Position numbers and translations under genes: made by a program. Positions 12,811 to 27,432 of a stretch of DNA of 64,000 nt are shown in pieces; the first letter of the stretch is position 1; each line of letters starts with the position of its first letter. The notes beneath the pieces are model-generated. The model saw only the letters and a program-made list of their open reading frames with translations, was not told the DNA's origin and did no database searches. The stretch is from Octopus vulgaris (lineage: Eukaryota): positions 138,074,001-138,138,000 of the forward strand of contig OX597815.1 in the NCBI GenBank assembly GCA_951406725.2. The letters are read 5' to 3'.

Positions 12811-14492
12811 ATATATACATATTTTTGAGCTTGCTTTGAGCATTTACCTCAGACACGTTTCTTATTCTCTCCATATTTTCTCTCTCCTCATCTATCCTTT
12901 CTGTAGAAGAGCGTAGGCTCGAAACATTAAAGACTTCTTCCATTTTACCAGAGCATCAACCTAAAACATCCTGTTTATGTTCATTCACCTCGCTGTGGTG
13001 TTTTCTTTATTTTTCGATCATAATGTATATATATACACACACGCAAATTTTCATACACTTTATATGTATGCATGCATTATTTATGTGTATGCTTGTACAA
13101 TTACGTATAAGCATGTGCTATTATTTTATCTAAGCGTTCTTGCTTCAATACTTATATGTTATTATGCGTGCACGTAAGGCGTTGATCTGGCAGAAGCGTT
13201 ACTGCACCGGATAAAATACTTTGTGACATTTCAGCCGTCTTTACGTTTTGGGTTCAAATTCCGCCGAGGAATTTCGTTTCGGGCTCGGTAAAGTACCAGT
13301 TGAGTACTGGGGTTGATGTAATCACCTAACGCATATACAATTCTATATACGTATACTGTTTTGTATACAGATCCACTGTTACGTATAGAAATATACTATT
13401 ATGTGAGACAAAGTGTCCAGATGCACTACAACTCATCAGAAAAGGTAACTAAGGCTGTACGACAGTACATAGAATAAGCACAAGAAGTCTACAAAAAACA
13501 AAAGCAAAAAAAACAAAAACGGAAGAAAATTATATGGGGGACATCAGGCGTACTGTTGGCGAATGTCAGGAAGGATGAAAGTTTTGAAGGACGTAGTTTC
13601 TTGACAACTAACAACTGATGCAGGTAGTTTATTCCATGTTTGGGCATTTTTGAGAATGAAAAAATGTTTCCGAAAGTCATGGGTGCTGTGCTGGTTTTAT
13701 TTTTATTTTGTAAGCATGTTTACGATTGTTAAACCTACAGAATTCAAAAAGGTGCCGAAGGCTGTTTTTGGAAACATGTTGGATAATCTTGTGAGTGTGT
13801 ACCGAGTCAGTTACCAGATGGAGCTTTAACGTGCCCATGACCAGGGAAGTATGGTAGATGCTTAACAGCGGGTATTCGTTTGGTTGCACATTTCTGAACG
13901 GTTCCAGGAGATTGATATGCTAAGCAAGATAGCGGTTCTAGACTAGAGATGCAAACTCTACGTATGGATAGTACCATAGTCATATGCAAATTTAAAATGA
14001 TAGCTGGAGAGCGGCTTACAAAGGTCTTACTGAGTAGTGCTAGGACACCCTCAGCGTTCTTAACAATATACTATCTCTGTACATGCTTGCACTATTTATG
14101 TAGACGCATGTACTATTGTCTATATATATACACATTTTTATTACTTGCTAAGTCTCAAGGAAGACATGCTACTCACGACCCTTGTGGGTTCCGCGAGATC
14201 GGTGAGGTTGATACCATAAATCTCTGTTTAAATTATTGCAGATCATTATCCGCAGGGAAGATAGGAGTAGAGAGAAGACTCTGGTGTGAAAATGTTCATG
14301 TGTTGACTATGTTCTTTCTTTCTCACTCTTAAGCAAACCTGGTGTTCCCTAGAGCTCTGTTTTAACCCCACTCTCTTTCTTCTACACATCAATGAGCTAC
14401 TTGCTACCATATCCTATAACACCAATTCTTATGCAGAAGACACAATTTTTCATTCTTCCCTGACATAACAAAGACTCAGCCATCTCTCTGGA
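12760..14492 (+). repeat. Local segmental duplication, copy 1
   Basis: Same order of SINE A head, PLE tail, unique spacer, SINE B, CR1 piece and RT piece as 26480-28885; ORFs 13949-14332 and 28343-28726 are near identical. Confidence 0.9.
13420..14095 (-). mobile_element. CR1-like LINE 3' fragment
   Basis: Frameshifted NAEGVL..TF.SRSPAIILNL..VQKCATKRIPAVKHLPY..HDFRKHFFILKNAQTWNKLPASVV..SFKTF. Confidence 0.8.
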
Positions 14493-14560
14493 GCCAAAAT
14501 ATATTTCAACCTCCAGCATTTACTGACACTCTACAAGGCTCAAGTGATACTCACAATGGA
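14335..14560 (+). mobile_element. Decayed LINE reverse-transcriptase fragment
   Basis: GVP*SSVL / PTLFLLHINELL..SYAEDT (GVPQGS..YADD-like), then LLTLYKAQV after an internal deletion. Confidence 0.7.
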
Positions 14561-14930
14561 CGCGAAATTCCGCTTAGCATTTTGCCCGTTCGTTGTCTTA
14601 CTACGTATTTAAATGAAATACATCTTCCTCAAGAAATAATGTAGGAGTGAATACGAAGTATACAATTATAATTTTAAATCAAAGAAAAACAACCTCAAAA
14701 GAATCACTTCATCAAAACGTGAGAATCGGTTTGAACTCATGTCTATGACTGACGTTTTGGTACAGTTCACAATATTACAGATATACTCACGTAATTCCAA
14801 AGAATAAATACAATTTACATTACTTGGACCATATTTTTGATCGAGTGTGCATACGCCATCTTCAATCGCAAAGTTAAAAGAACCAATGTGTCCTTCAAAC
14901 AGCCCGTACGGATAAGACGTGTGTATATGT

Positions 14931-14995
<65 letters not shown>

Positions 14996-15389
14996 CGCGC
15001 GCGCGCGTGCGTGCGTGTGTGTGTATGTGTGTGTGTGAGAGTGTGTGCTTTTGGACATATTGATTGAGATGTGGTGAGTGGAAAGATTCTGAAATGTTAG
15101 TAAAATCCCTTTTGGCAACCGACCATAAAGTTTGATTGCAATATGCGATTGGTCTTGCAGGCTGTGCAATGTTTGAAGCTATTCTTTGATTTCTTGACAG
15201 TTGTTCTGTAGATGTCGCAATGGAGGATAAACACTTTCCACTTAATGATGACAGGTGACTTCTTACCATTCTGCAGTCAGTATTTTTTTCCAAATACAGT
15301 TGCAAATGAATTATTTGCAGAATTTTTGGGATGTTTGGCGAATGTCAGGGCAAAACTGTTGTGTGTGCTTGCGTGCGTGCGTGCGTTTG

Positions 15390-15480
<91 letters not shown>

Positions 15481-15521
15481 ACATGGATAAACAAACACAC
15501 ACACACATACACATATAAGAC

Positions 15522-15627
15522 GTGCTTTTTTCAGTTTCCGTTTATCAGATCTACTCACAAAGCTTTGGTCGGCCCGAGGCTATAGTGGAAGACACTTGCC
15601 CAAGGTGTCACGCAGTGGGACTGAACC

Positions 15628-15630
<3 letters not shown>
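15522..15630 (-). mobile_element. SINE family A, 5' fragment
   Basis: ttcagtttccg..ctactcacaaagctttggtcggcccgaggctatagtggaagacacttgcccaagg..gggactgaaccc. Confidence 0.85.
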
Positions 15631-15691
<61 letters not shown>

Positions 15692-15769
15692 GATAATGAC
15701 AATGATGATGATGATGATGATGATGATAATAGTAATAATAATAATAATAATAATAATAGTAATACAATG

Positions 15770-16325
15770 CCCTGATGCAGTACCAGGCAGTGGCTCTCAT
15801 GGCTTCTGATCTTAACTGATTGGAAGTGTTATCATGTACATTGTTTTGTCTTGGTATAAAAGATGGGCTACAGCAAATATTCTGCTCAATACCACAGATT
15901 TGCTTGTCAGTTGTTTGACCTTAACCAGTTGAGCATGTCCCTTAGTGGCTGACGATATGTGCATCTCTGATCACGAGCAGAAGTAGTGGGGGAGCATCAT
16001 AGCCATGTGTTGAAAGGGATTCTTTGGGGTTTGAATAGTTCACCTCTGGAAACATGGGTGGTTCTTTCAACATCCTTAAACAACCCTTATTCAGGGACCG
16101 TTTGAGCGGGATGGGCTACTCAACCTGAAGAAAATTCTAACTGGGCCCCACCTGCAAGGTCATGTGCTGTTTATCTTGATATGAGATCACCATGTCGCGC
16201 ACATATGGTTGTGATGCATGTGCCTGGTGTACCTTTATCAGACGGGTAGTCATGATGGGTATATTGGGCTTCGTATATTTTACCCCAGTGTCACTTTGAT
16301 GGCATGAACTGCTCTCTCACTCAAT
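15770..16325 (+). mobile_element. About 555-bp non-coding interspersed element inserted in (AAT)n
   Basis: Flanked on both sides by (AAT)n; second partial copy in reverse at 26265-26480, also abutting a trinucleotide tract; strand is inferred. Confidence 0.7.
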
Positions 16326-16344
16326 AATAATAATAATAATAATA

Positions 16345-16399
<55 letters not shown>

Positions 16400-16419
16400 T
16401 ATATATATATATATAACTT

Positions 16420-17908
16420 AGATGAAACTTAGATATGTTTCGACCAAAGATTGGTCCAGGCCATGTCTAACTAATAGCACCGCCTGATAAGATTATCTAA
16501 ATCCTTCTTAAGTCAAGTTTTGTTTATGGTCCATTCAAATAGTGAGTTCTTGTTGAGTGAGTTGTATCCAGGTATGGGTGTCTTATCTGGTATTCCCTTA
16601 AGAAATCTGTCCAGACCCCGTTTAAAGGTGATGGGATCCTTTTCCTCTTTGATCCGTTTAGGGACAATGTTAAACAGGGTAGGGCCTGTTGAAGAAAAGA
16701 AATTATGTCGCAGTGTACTTATATGTTGTGATCCTAAATCGGGCAGGGGACGTATGGCCTGTGGTCCCAGCCTTGGATGAACCTTGAAGCTAATGCTCAG
16801 GTCGTTTAGGCAATGCTGGCTGTATATTCTCCACATCGTACAAATGATGTACGGCTTGCGGCGGCGCTGGAGAGAGTAGAGTTTCAAGGCTTTAAGGCGG
16901 TCCCAGTAATCCAGATTAGTCATGCCTTCAATTCGTTTAGTCAGTGCCGTCTGGGGTGATTCAATCCTCGAGATGTTTTGTTTTGTGTGGATTGACCACA
17001 AGGGGCAGCAGTATTCGAGGTGTGGCCGTACAAGGGAGGAGAAAAGTGAAATGATGACACCTTGTTCTCCGGACCGGAAGGTTCTTAAGATCCAGGAACT
17101 CATCCTACGAGCTATATCGACCTTATTGTTGATGTGGGCACTCCCCCTGTGATTGTTAGCTACAATTATACCCAGGTCTCTGATATTATTAGATACCGTG
17201 AGCGGTTCCCCTGAAGGAAGAAAGTATGGTTGTTTTAGTATAGACTTTCTCCCAAAATGTATCAGCTCAAATTTCCCCTCGTTTGTTTTTGTCTGCCCAT
17301 TGACTCACAACATATAGATCAGACTAGAGTTGAGTTCGGTCTTCCACGGATTCCAACATTTGTAAGATATTATGGTAAACCCTGTCGAACGCTTTACTGA
17401 AGTCATGATATATGATATCAGAGTTCGAACCTGTTCCCAAGACATTAAGTATATCTTCAATGTGATGTAAGAGCTGTGTTAGATAGTCCTTGCAACAGCG
17501 AAAGCCATGCTGATTTGCATTTAGGAGTTTGTGGGTCTCCAAGAAGTCAGCTATCCTTGATCTTACCACTCTTTCAAACACTTTAATGATGCGGGAGGTG
17601 AGTGAGATCGGGCGATAGTTGAGTGCGAGGGATCTGATTCTCTGTCTGAAAACCTGGATGACAGACTGGGATAGGAGCTGTTTCGGTATATAACCTGAGT
17701 CTAAAGAATTTCTCCGGAGGTTGGTCAGAGGGACTGTAAGTTGGTGTCTACATTCTTTCAAGAGACTAGCAGGGAATCTACCAGGGCCTACAGCAGAATA
17801 GTATTTGACCTCATTTATTGCTGCTATGATGTCTGAGATTTTATGTTGGGAATCAACTTCGTTCGCTTCTCTTACGACAATATCAGTGGGACCACTGAAT
17901 ACAGAGCA
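16420..17908 (-). mobile_element. CR1-like LINE, RT and C-terminus with 3' UTR, internally deleted
   Basis: NYRPISLTSRIIKVFERVV..NQHGFR..DFSKAFDRV (17324-17761) and LVRPHLEYCCPLWS..YWDRLKALKLYSLQRRR (16513-17103). Confidence 0.92.
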
Positions 17909-17960
<52 letters not shown>

Positions 17961-17964
<4 letters not shown>

Positions 17965-18868
17965 ATAATAAGGGTAAATAATTTCTATAAAGGTTTTTAA
18001 AAAGACCACAATTATTTACTGGTAGAATTCGGTATGTAAATATAGCCGATTACCGGCAGGAACTTCTGTAAAGTTCAGTATATATATTGTATATAAGAAA
18101 AAGGGACAGGCAACATGTTGCTTGACCGCATACCGAAAAAGTAGAAATAGCAGTCAAGAATGCTTATTTCTATCAAAGTGGGACTCCGGGCACGACAAAC
18201 CCTGTAATTCACATATGCAAAACAGAAGGAATAGATATCGAAAACGAAGTCTGGTGGTTATCTGTGAACATCATGTTTCTGGATTATAAACATATTGAAT
18301 ATATATTTCATATATATTTTTGATATATATTTCATATACATTGCATATATATTTCACATCCTTCTTCAGCACAGCTTTCCATTGAAATAGATTTATCATA
18401 GATTTATCAAATGCTACGTACCTCAAACCTTCTGACCATGCGACATCAAAATATTTGAAGAAAGCGAGCAAAGGCTAAACCTACATAGACGTTTGAATTC
18501 GTAAATCTTCCCTCCAAAATTTTGCCATGCGCACCACAAAAATAGTTCCATAGGAGTAGGAACTATTGGGTTGTCGTAAGGGAGTGAAAAATCCAATTAG
18601 TAATATAATAATAAGGGTAAATAATTTCTATAAAGGTTTTTAAAAAAACCACAATTATTTACTGGTAGAATTCGGTATGTAAATATAGCCGATTACCGGC
18701 AGGAACTTCTGTAAAGTTCAGTATATATATTGTATATAAGAAAAAGGGACAGGCAACAGGTTGCTTGACCGCATACCGAAAAAATAGAAATAGCAGTCAA
18801 GAATGCTTATTTCTATCAAATGTCGGTATGCGGTCAAGCAACCTGTTGCCTGTCCCTTTTCTTATATA
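17961..18868 (-). mobile_element. Non-coding PLE-like element: partial tandem (643-nt period) plus 5' inversion
   Basis: Direct repeats 17961-18177 and 18604-18821; 18823-18868 is the reverse complement of 18733-18779; (TA)n on both sides; internal hammerhead. Confidence 0.75.
18262..18374 (-). ncRNA. Type I hammerhead ribozyme with long stem II
   Basis: ctgtg CTGAAGA a ggat-[AT-rich insert]-atcc a GAAA cat g atg TT/ cacag; stem I ctgtg/cacag is perfectly adjacent to the core. Confidence 0.7.
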
Positions 18869-18999
18869 TATATATATATATATATATCACCGTGATCGAC
18901 CAGACTATCAGATGTTGCTACACATCGCTGGTCACAATGCGCTTCGCAATGTTTTTAGCCTTCAAATGACGCCACCCCGCTGGCTAAGCGAGCAGGCCT

Positions 19000-20880
<1,881 letters not shown>

Positions 20881-20926
20881 CTGTCTCTTGTAGTGCGCAC
20901 GAGCATTGTATTCGATAAACTTATTA

Positions 20927-20970
<44 letters not shown>

Positions 20971-20982
20971 ATAATAAATTTC

Positions 20983-21195
20983 TGCGAGCTGGCAGAATCG
21001 TTAGGACGCCGAACAAAGCATTAAGCGGCATTCCGTCCGTCACTTCGTCCTGAGTTCAAATTCCGCCGAGGTTGAGTTTCCCTTTCATCCCTTCGGGATC
21101 GATAAAATAGGTACCAGTTAACACTGGGGTCGATGTAATCGACTCCTTCCGTTACCCGAAATTGCTGCCCTTGTGGAAAAATTTGAAACCATTAT
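20983..21195 (+). mobile_element. SINE family B, full length
   Basis: gcgagctggcagaatcgttag..gagttcaaattccgccgagg..aaaatttgaaacc. Confidence 0.88.
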
Positions 21196-21199
21196 TATT

Positions 21200-22235
21200 A
21201 TTATATGACTGTTTAACATTTGGTAGGTTGAAGCAAATTTCTACGGCATCACTTGCTACTCCCCTGTGTTGCTGGGGTGTGCGCAAACTTTACCCAGTAC
21301 TGTATTGTATTAGTTTTTTTCTTTTGAGGTGTGATGCAGTCTTTTGTTGTGTTACTGCTTATATTGTGTGTTGAGTGTGTAACGCATTGGTTATCTATCT
21401 TGCTGGTGGAAGTTTATTTCACTGGGTAATTGCTGTATAGAGTGTGTTTTGTGTTAGTGGGTTGCTTTGTTTAGGTTGTATTATTGGATTGATGGTGTCT
21501 TGCGTAGGATGTGGGATGTTCTTAGCAGGGCTATTTTTTGGATAGTTTGCAGTGTTGAGGATCCAGCTTCTACGTTTTTTTAATGTTTTTTATCATGCCC
21601 AATGCTACAATTATTATTGGTATTGTTTTTTTTACCTTCATGTCCCACATCTTGAATACTTGAATTTCAAAGTCTTTGTACTTTGACAATTTCTCCACTT
21701 CTTTTGACAATATTTTGATCAGAAGGGACTGCAATGTCTGTCAGTAAGCAGATGTTCTTCCCCAATCCTTGATTATTATGTCTGGGAGATTAACTTTTAT
21801 TTCTTTGTCGGTTTGAACCTGTATATCCCAGATGATTGTGGCCTAGTCGTTGTCTTGTACCTTGTTTGGCACAGGTTTATACCACCTATTGTTAGTTTTA
21901 ATGTTGTAGTGTATATAACTGCTTACTTTTGTCGTGTCTGTGTATATATTCAAACTTGACAAAGACTGGACAGACCAAGATGATGTCCGATTGTACTGGC
22001 TGCACATTCTGCATTTGGTGTTGGGACCTGTTTTCATTATTTTGTTTTTATAATTGCTTGTAGTCAGGCATTGGTCTAGTGCAGCGAGAACCAGTCCTTC
22101 CGTTTCAACTTTCAGTCCGAGCTTTTGAGCCATTGCTGGCTTTCACTTTAGGCCCACTTCCTCTCTGTCAAGCCTTGCAGGGTATTGGCCATAGAGTGAT
22201 TTTCCCTCTATTTCGTCTTCAGTATCACTTAACTG
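21200..22235 (-). mobile_element. 5'-truncated R4/Dong-like LINE (RLE domain and 3' UTR) between (TAA)n tracts
   Basis: LKVETEGLVLAALDQCL..KCRMCSQY, TIIWDIQVQTDKEIK..PDIII..DIAVP; (TAA)n at both ends. Confidence 0.85.
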
Positions 22236-22341
<106 letters not shown>

Positions 22342-22359
22342 CATCATCATCATCATCAT

Positions 22360-23872
22360 CAGCCTGGCTATATTGTCGTGGCGTCTCTTATATTCCTTCT
22401 GGGCTAGTTGCGTACATTGGCTGGTAATATGCCATACGGTTTCACCGTTTTGTCCACAGATTCTGCACTTATCACTTTCTGATGTGTTGTCTATTCTGCA
22501 TTTTATGTAGTTTGTTCTTAGTGCTTGCTCTTGGGCAGCACAGATTAGAGCCACCGTTTCTGGTTTTAAATCACTTTTAATCATCCACAGCCATCTTTTT
22601 TCTGTCTTATCTTCAACATCCCTATGAAATTGACCATGCATTCTTTTCTTTACCCACCTATTTTCAGTTTCATTCGTTTTCAATTTCTTGTATAGTGCTT
22701 TATGTTTGCAATCTTTCATCCTACACAAGTCTGACCTTCTTACTTCTAATAATAGTGGTTCTGCGGCATTTTTTACATACCATGCTATGTTGTTTTCTCT
22801 GCTGTAATGCTGTGTTCGCATCCAATAAGTCCTCTTCCCCCTCATTTTTCTTGGTACATACAGTCTGTGTCACTTTTTGGGTGGAGTAACCCATATCTAG
22901 TTAGCAGCTTGTCTCTCTGTCTAAGCTGTTTAGTTCGTCTACTGTCCATGCAATTACCCCTGCTCCATATCTAAGGAGTGAAACCGTCCAGGTGTTGATA
23001 GCTTCGACCTTATTCCGTCCGTTTAATTTCTACTTAAGGATCAGTCTCAGTCTGCTCAAGTACTCCACCTTAAATTTTTCTGTCATTTCTTTTTCCATCA
23101 ATTTATCCATTTTCAAAATCCCCAAGTACTTATAGCCCGTCTCTTCTATCTGCTTCATAACCTCCCCGCACGGTATCGTTAGCCCGTCCATACATTTGAT
23201 TTTGCCTCTCTTCAAGACTAACACACCACTCTTTTTCAGTCCGAAATCCATTCTGATATCAGCACTGAAGGTATACACCGTATTACCGAGGGAACTGACC
23301 TGGGCTTCATCTTTACCATAAAGTTTGAGGTCGTCCATGAATAACAAATGGTTGGCATTTTGTTGGCGGCTTTTGAATACATACCCAGCTTTTGCTTTCC
23401 TCATAATCAGTGTTAGTGGTATGAAGCACAGTATAAAGATCAGTGGGAACAGGCAGTCCCCTTGGAAGATGCACCTCCTAATTTCTACTGTCCCTAAACT
23501 TCTTCCGTATGCTGTCAGATCCGTCCTCCAATTCGCCATACTTTTTCCAAGCAATCGCTCAACATTCGATGCAATACCAAATAGGTTCATACATTCCATA
23601 ATTCAAGAATGTGGGATCATATCGTACGCCTTACGATAGTCGATCCATGACATGGCTAAGTTACTTTTCCTCCTCTTGTAAGTACAGTTTTGTCTACCAG
23701 GAGTTGATCCTTAGTACCTCTGCACTTACGCTTGCAACCCTTCAGCTCATGTGGCAGGACTCCATTTTTTCCAGGTGTTCGTACATTGACTCTGTGAGTA
23801 TTCCAGTCAATAACTTCCACATAAGTGGCAAACAGGATATCGGCCTGTAATTGTCTACCGTATTGCCTTTTT
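22360..23872 (-). mobile_element. R4/Dong-like LINE, RT to CCHC region, decayed
   Basis: [70 protein letters not shown]. Confidence 0.93.
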
Positions 23873-24000
23873 CGATGTGAATTAGGCGGCTGGGCGTAAC
23901 AGGGGCTGGACGTGTTCTTCGCTGCTCTGACCTGTCAGCAGCCGAAGACACAGAAACACTAATACAACCCAGCAGGAAAACTGAAAAATAACTATAAAAG

Positions 24001-25150
24001 ACTGGGATATCTACAGTTTCCTGTGAGTATTTTGAATTTCCCTCAAAATAAGTTAAGGAACTTACATATCTACAGCTTTCGAACACATAAACAATCAGCT
24101 TTAAAACCTTTAATATCTACACCCTCTGTGAATACCTATCATTTCCTTTCCCCCTGAGTATTCGAAAATGTAAACATCCTCTTTACATTACATCCAAGAA
24201 CATTACAGTTTTCTTTGTTCATCTCCAGTAAATTTTAAACACTTCATATCTACAATTTTCTGTGAAAAAATTTTACCTTCCTTTTCTTTCCGTTCCTTTT
24301 CCCTGAATATTCGAAAATGTAAACATCCTTTTTATTGTAAAAAAAAGAAGGAAAAGAAAAAACACAGTTTTTTCTGAACAGACATCAAACGAACACCTCA
24401 AAAAAGTTAGAAACTTTAATATCTCCAACTTTGTGTGAACACTTTGTCCTTCCCAGACTAACAGAATATGTAAGCATGCCTTTTATTGTAAAAAACACGA
24501 TAAGAAATTAAGGCAGCACCTGCCAATATATACATACAGCACAACTACAAAAACAGTAAACCACAGCAAAACTTTTAAAAAGAAAAGAAAAATTCCAAAA
24601 GAAAAAGAAATTCAGAAATTCAAAAATCCAACAAGGTGAACATCTCTTCCTCCTACTATTCCCAAAGTCTGGAATATTTACAATTTCCTGTGAATATTTT
24701 AAATCTCCCTCAAAATGAAATAAGTTAGGAAACTTATATACCTACAGCTTTCTAACACACAAACGACCAGCTTAAAAAAAAAGCCATTGATATCTTACAT
24801 ACTTATCCTTTCCTCCCTCCCTGAGTATTCGAAAATGTAAACATCCTCCTATTTTTTCTTCTAAGAACACTACTATTTCTCTTTGTGCGGTCATACAAAA
24901 GACCATATTTAGTAAATCTTAAAACTTTACAATATACAACTTGTCTTTTCTTTTTGAATCTCCCTGATTATTCGAAAATGTAAACATCCTTTTCATTGCA
25001 AAAGTCCTACTGTATTCTCCAACTGGACAGACAAACGAACATCTCAAGAAAACTTTAAAACTTTAATATATTATCCAAATACGTAATCACACCTTTTATT
25101 GCAACAACAAAACTGAATTCAGAAATTCAAAAATTCAACGACGTGAATAT
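24001..25150. repeat. Complex nested tandem duplication (about 665-bp unit, about 1.7 copies)
   Basis: cctga(g/a/t)tattcgaaaatgtaaacatcct at about 24153, 24302, 24820 and 24963; aattcagaaattcaaaaat at about 24610 and 25117. Confidence 0.8.
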
Positions 25151-25672
25151 CAGTATATATGTGTGCGTGTGCGTGTGTGTGTATATGTATATATATATAT
25201 TATTATTATTATTATTGTTTTTTTTCTACTAGTAATTACAAATAGAACAGGTTGAATTGCTTCTTTTCAAGGCAGTGGTCTCAGTGGCCACTGGTAGTAG
25301 TAAACACATTTGACCTCTACTGCCCCAAAGGGTGAGAAGATTCTTTTGTCTCTATGGCTGACCTCCCCACCATCTGCCGAATATATTTATGGACCTGTAG
25401 AATATGATCTACTCACCAAACTGCTACCCAACTATTTCCTCCAACAATGGTGGTGGTGGTGATGGTGATAATGATTAAAAATAAAAATAATATGCTGCTA
25501 ATGCTAAATACTACTAATACTACAATAATACTACAACTACTACTATTATGATAGCACAGGAATCTGAGGCCCAACTACCACCCTTATCACTACCCCACCC
25601 CTGCCACTGTTGTTGTTGCTGCAACCACTGCTGCTACTACAGATAAAAACAATAATATCAGTGATATCAGTG

Positions 25673-25733
<61 letters not shown>

Positions 25734-26033
25734 AAGGAGGCGGATGGAGCCTCCTCATGGGCTGATTAATGATACACCTAGTGATGGTATCACAAGAAAA
25801 ACACTGGTAATTGCGCAAACTGATAATCGCTACCTCATACAAGTGACAATGAAAAAACAAAATATTGGGAATAACGGTGGACATGAAACTGAAGCCAATG
25901 ATGGTAGGCTCAGAGATTCTGGTTCGGCTCCAGCCTGTCAATATCTAGAAAGGGACCACCACACACGGTGTAGATAGAGCAAGCAAATTAATGCTGTGGT
26001 CATGGTTTATTATTATTATTATTATTATTATTC

Positions 26034-26212
26034 ACGCTGGACGAAATGCTTAGCGGTATTTCGCCGCTCCTACGTTCTGAGTTCAAATTCCACTGAGGTT
26101 GATTTTGCCTTTCATCCTTTCGATAAAATAAATACCAGTGGAACATTGGGGTTGATGTATTCGACTAGTCCCCTCTCCACCAAATTTCAGGCATTGTGCC
26201 TTTAGTAGAAAG
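26034..26212 (+). mobile_element. SINE family B
   Basis: ggacgaaatgcttagcggtatttcg..gagttcaaattcc..gcctttcatcc. Confidence 0.85.
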
Positions 26213-26216
26213 GACG

Positions 26217-26265
<49 letters not shown>

Positions 26266-27030
26266 TTGAGTGAGAGAGCAGTGCCATCAAAGTGACACTG
26301 GTGTGAATAATACGAAGCCCAGTATACCTATCATGACTACTCGTCAGATAAGGGTACACCAGCACGTGCATCACAACAATATGTGTACAACACGGCGAGC
26401 TCCAGTTAGAATTTTTGTTCAGGTCGAGTAGCCCATCCCACTCAAAAGGTTCTTGAATAAGTGTTGTTTAAGGAACCTGGAACAGTGTGGCTGGGAAGCG
26501 TGTTTCTTACAACCCATTCACGCCTGCGCCTATATATACATATTTTTGAGCATCTCAGACACGTTTCTTATTCTCTCTCCTCGCCTATCATTTCTGTAGA
26601 AGAGCGTAGACTCGAAACATTAAAGACTTTTTCCATTTTAGCTAGGCATCAACCTAATACATCCTGTTTGTGTTCATTCAACTCGTTTTGGTGTTTTCTT
26701 TATTTTTCGATCATAATGTATATATATATATATACAACCACCATGGTCACTACTATTACTACTACGATCAACAGTCTTCCACTACCACTACTACTGCTAC
26801 TGCCACAGCTAAGCTGCTACAACCAATGAGCTGCTGCAACCCCAACCACCTCCACCACGGTTACTACTACTACGACCAACAGTCACTGCTGCTACTGCCA
26901 TTTCAGCCACTGCTGCTACTGCCATTTCAGCCACTGGTCATTCAGACACATAAGGCAGCTAAAAACAACCACGTGGATTCTGTTGAGACCAGTAAGAAAC
27001 AATTATGAACTTTTTTATTACACTTTACTT

Positions 27031-27092
27031 TTAGAAATATTTTTGATAAGGTTCGTTTTTTCAAGAAGAACCGAAACATGTAAAATTTCTAA
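27031..27092 (+). ncRNA. Minimal type I hammerhead ribozyme, U3-A8 core variant
   Basis: ttagaaatattt TTGATAA ggttc-loop-gaacc GAAA catg TA/ aaatttctaa; all three stems pair. Confidence 0.8.
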
Positions 27093-27133
27093 GAAAATTA
27101 AAATGTATCTTATATAGTGGCGTTTTCAAACTT

Positions 27134-27164
<31 letters not shown>

Positions 27165-27169
<5 letters not shown>

Positions 27170-27389
27170 GAGGGTAAAATTAATTAATTATTAATCAATT
27201 TCACCAAGTATTCAGTATGCAAAGGGACCATTTAAGGCGAATTCAAATTATTACATTATATAAAAGGGCTTAGTAAAATAAATTACTTTGCCACATACTG
27301 AACTTATTAGAAATAGTTTTAAAAAAGTTTTTTTAGCTACTATTTCTAATGAGTTCAGTATGTGGCAAAGTAATCTATTTTACTAAGCC

Positions 27390-27400
<11 letters not shown>
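27165..27400 (-). mobile_element. PLE-like 3' terminus with 5' inversion (foldback)
   Basis: Arms 27257-27317 and 27339-27399; (TA)n flanks; same family at 62620-62750 and 63560-63750. Confidence 0.7.

Positions 27401-27432
<32 letters not shown>

Noticed and set aside
13949-14332. Duplicated 127-aa ORF (also 28343-28726) as a gene pair
   Set aside because: Partly antisense to a CR1-like relic within a segmental duplication; no recognisable domain
24168-24182. tgtaaacatcctc matches the 5' end of vertebrate miR-30
   Set aside because: No precursor hairpin, it is part of a local repeat, and the family is not expected in this lineage
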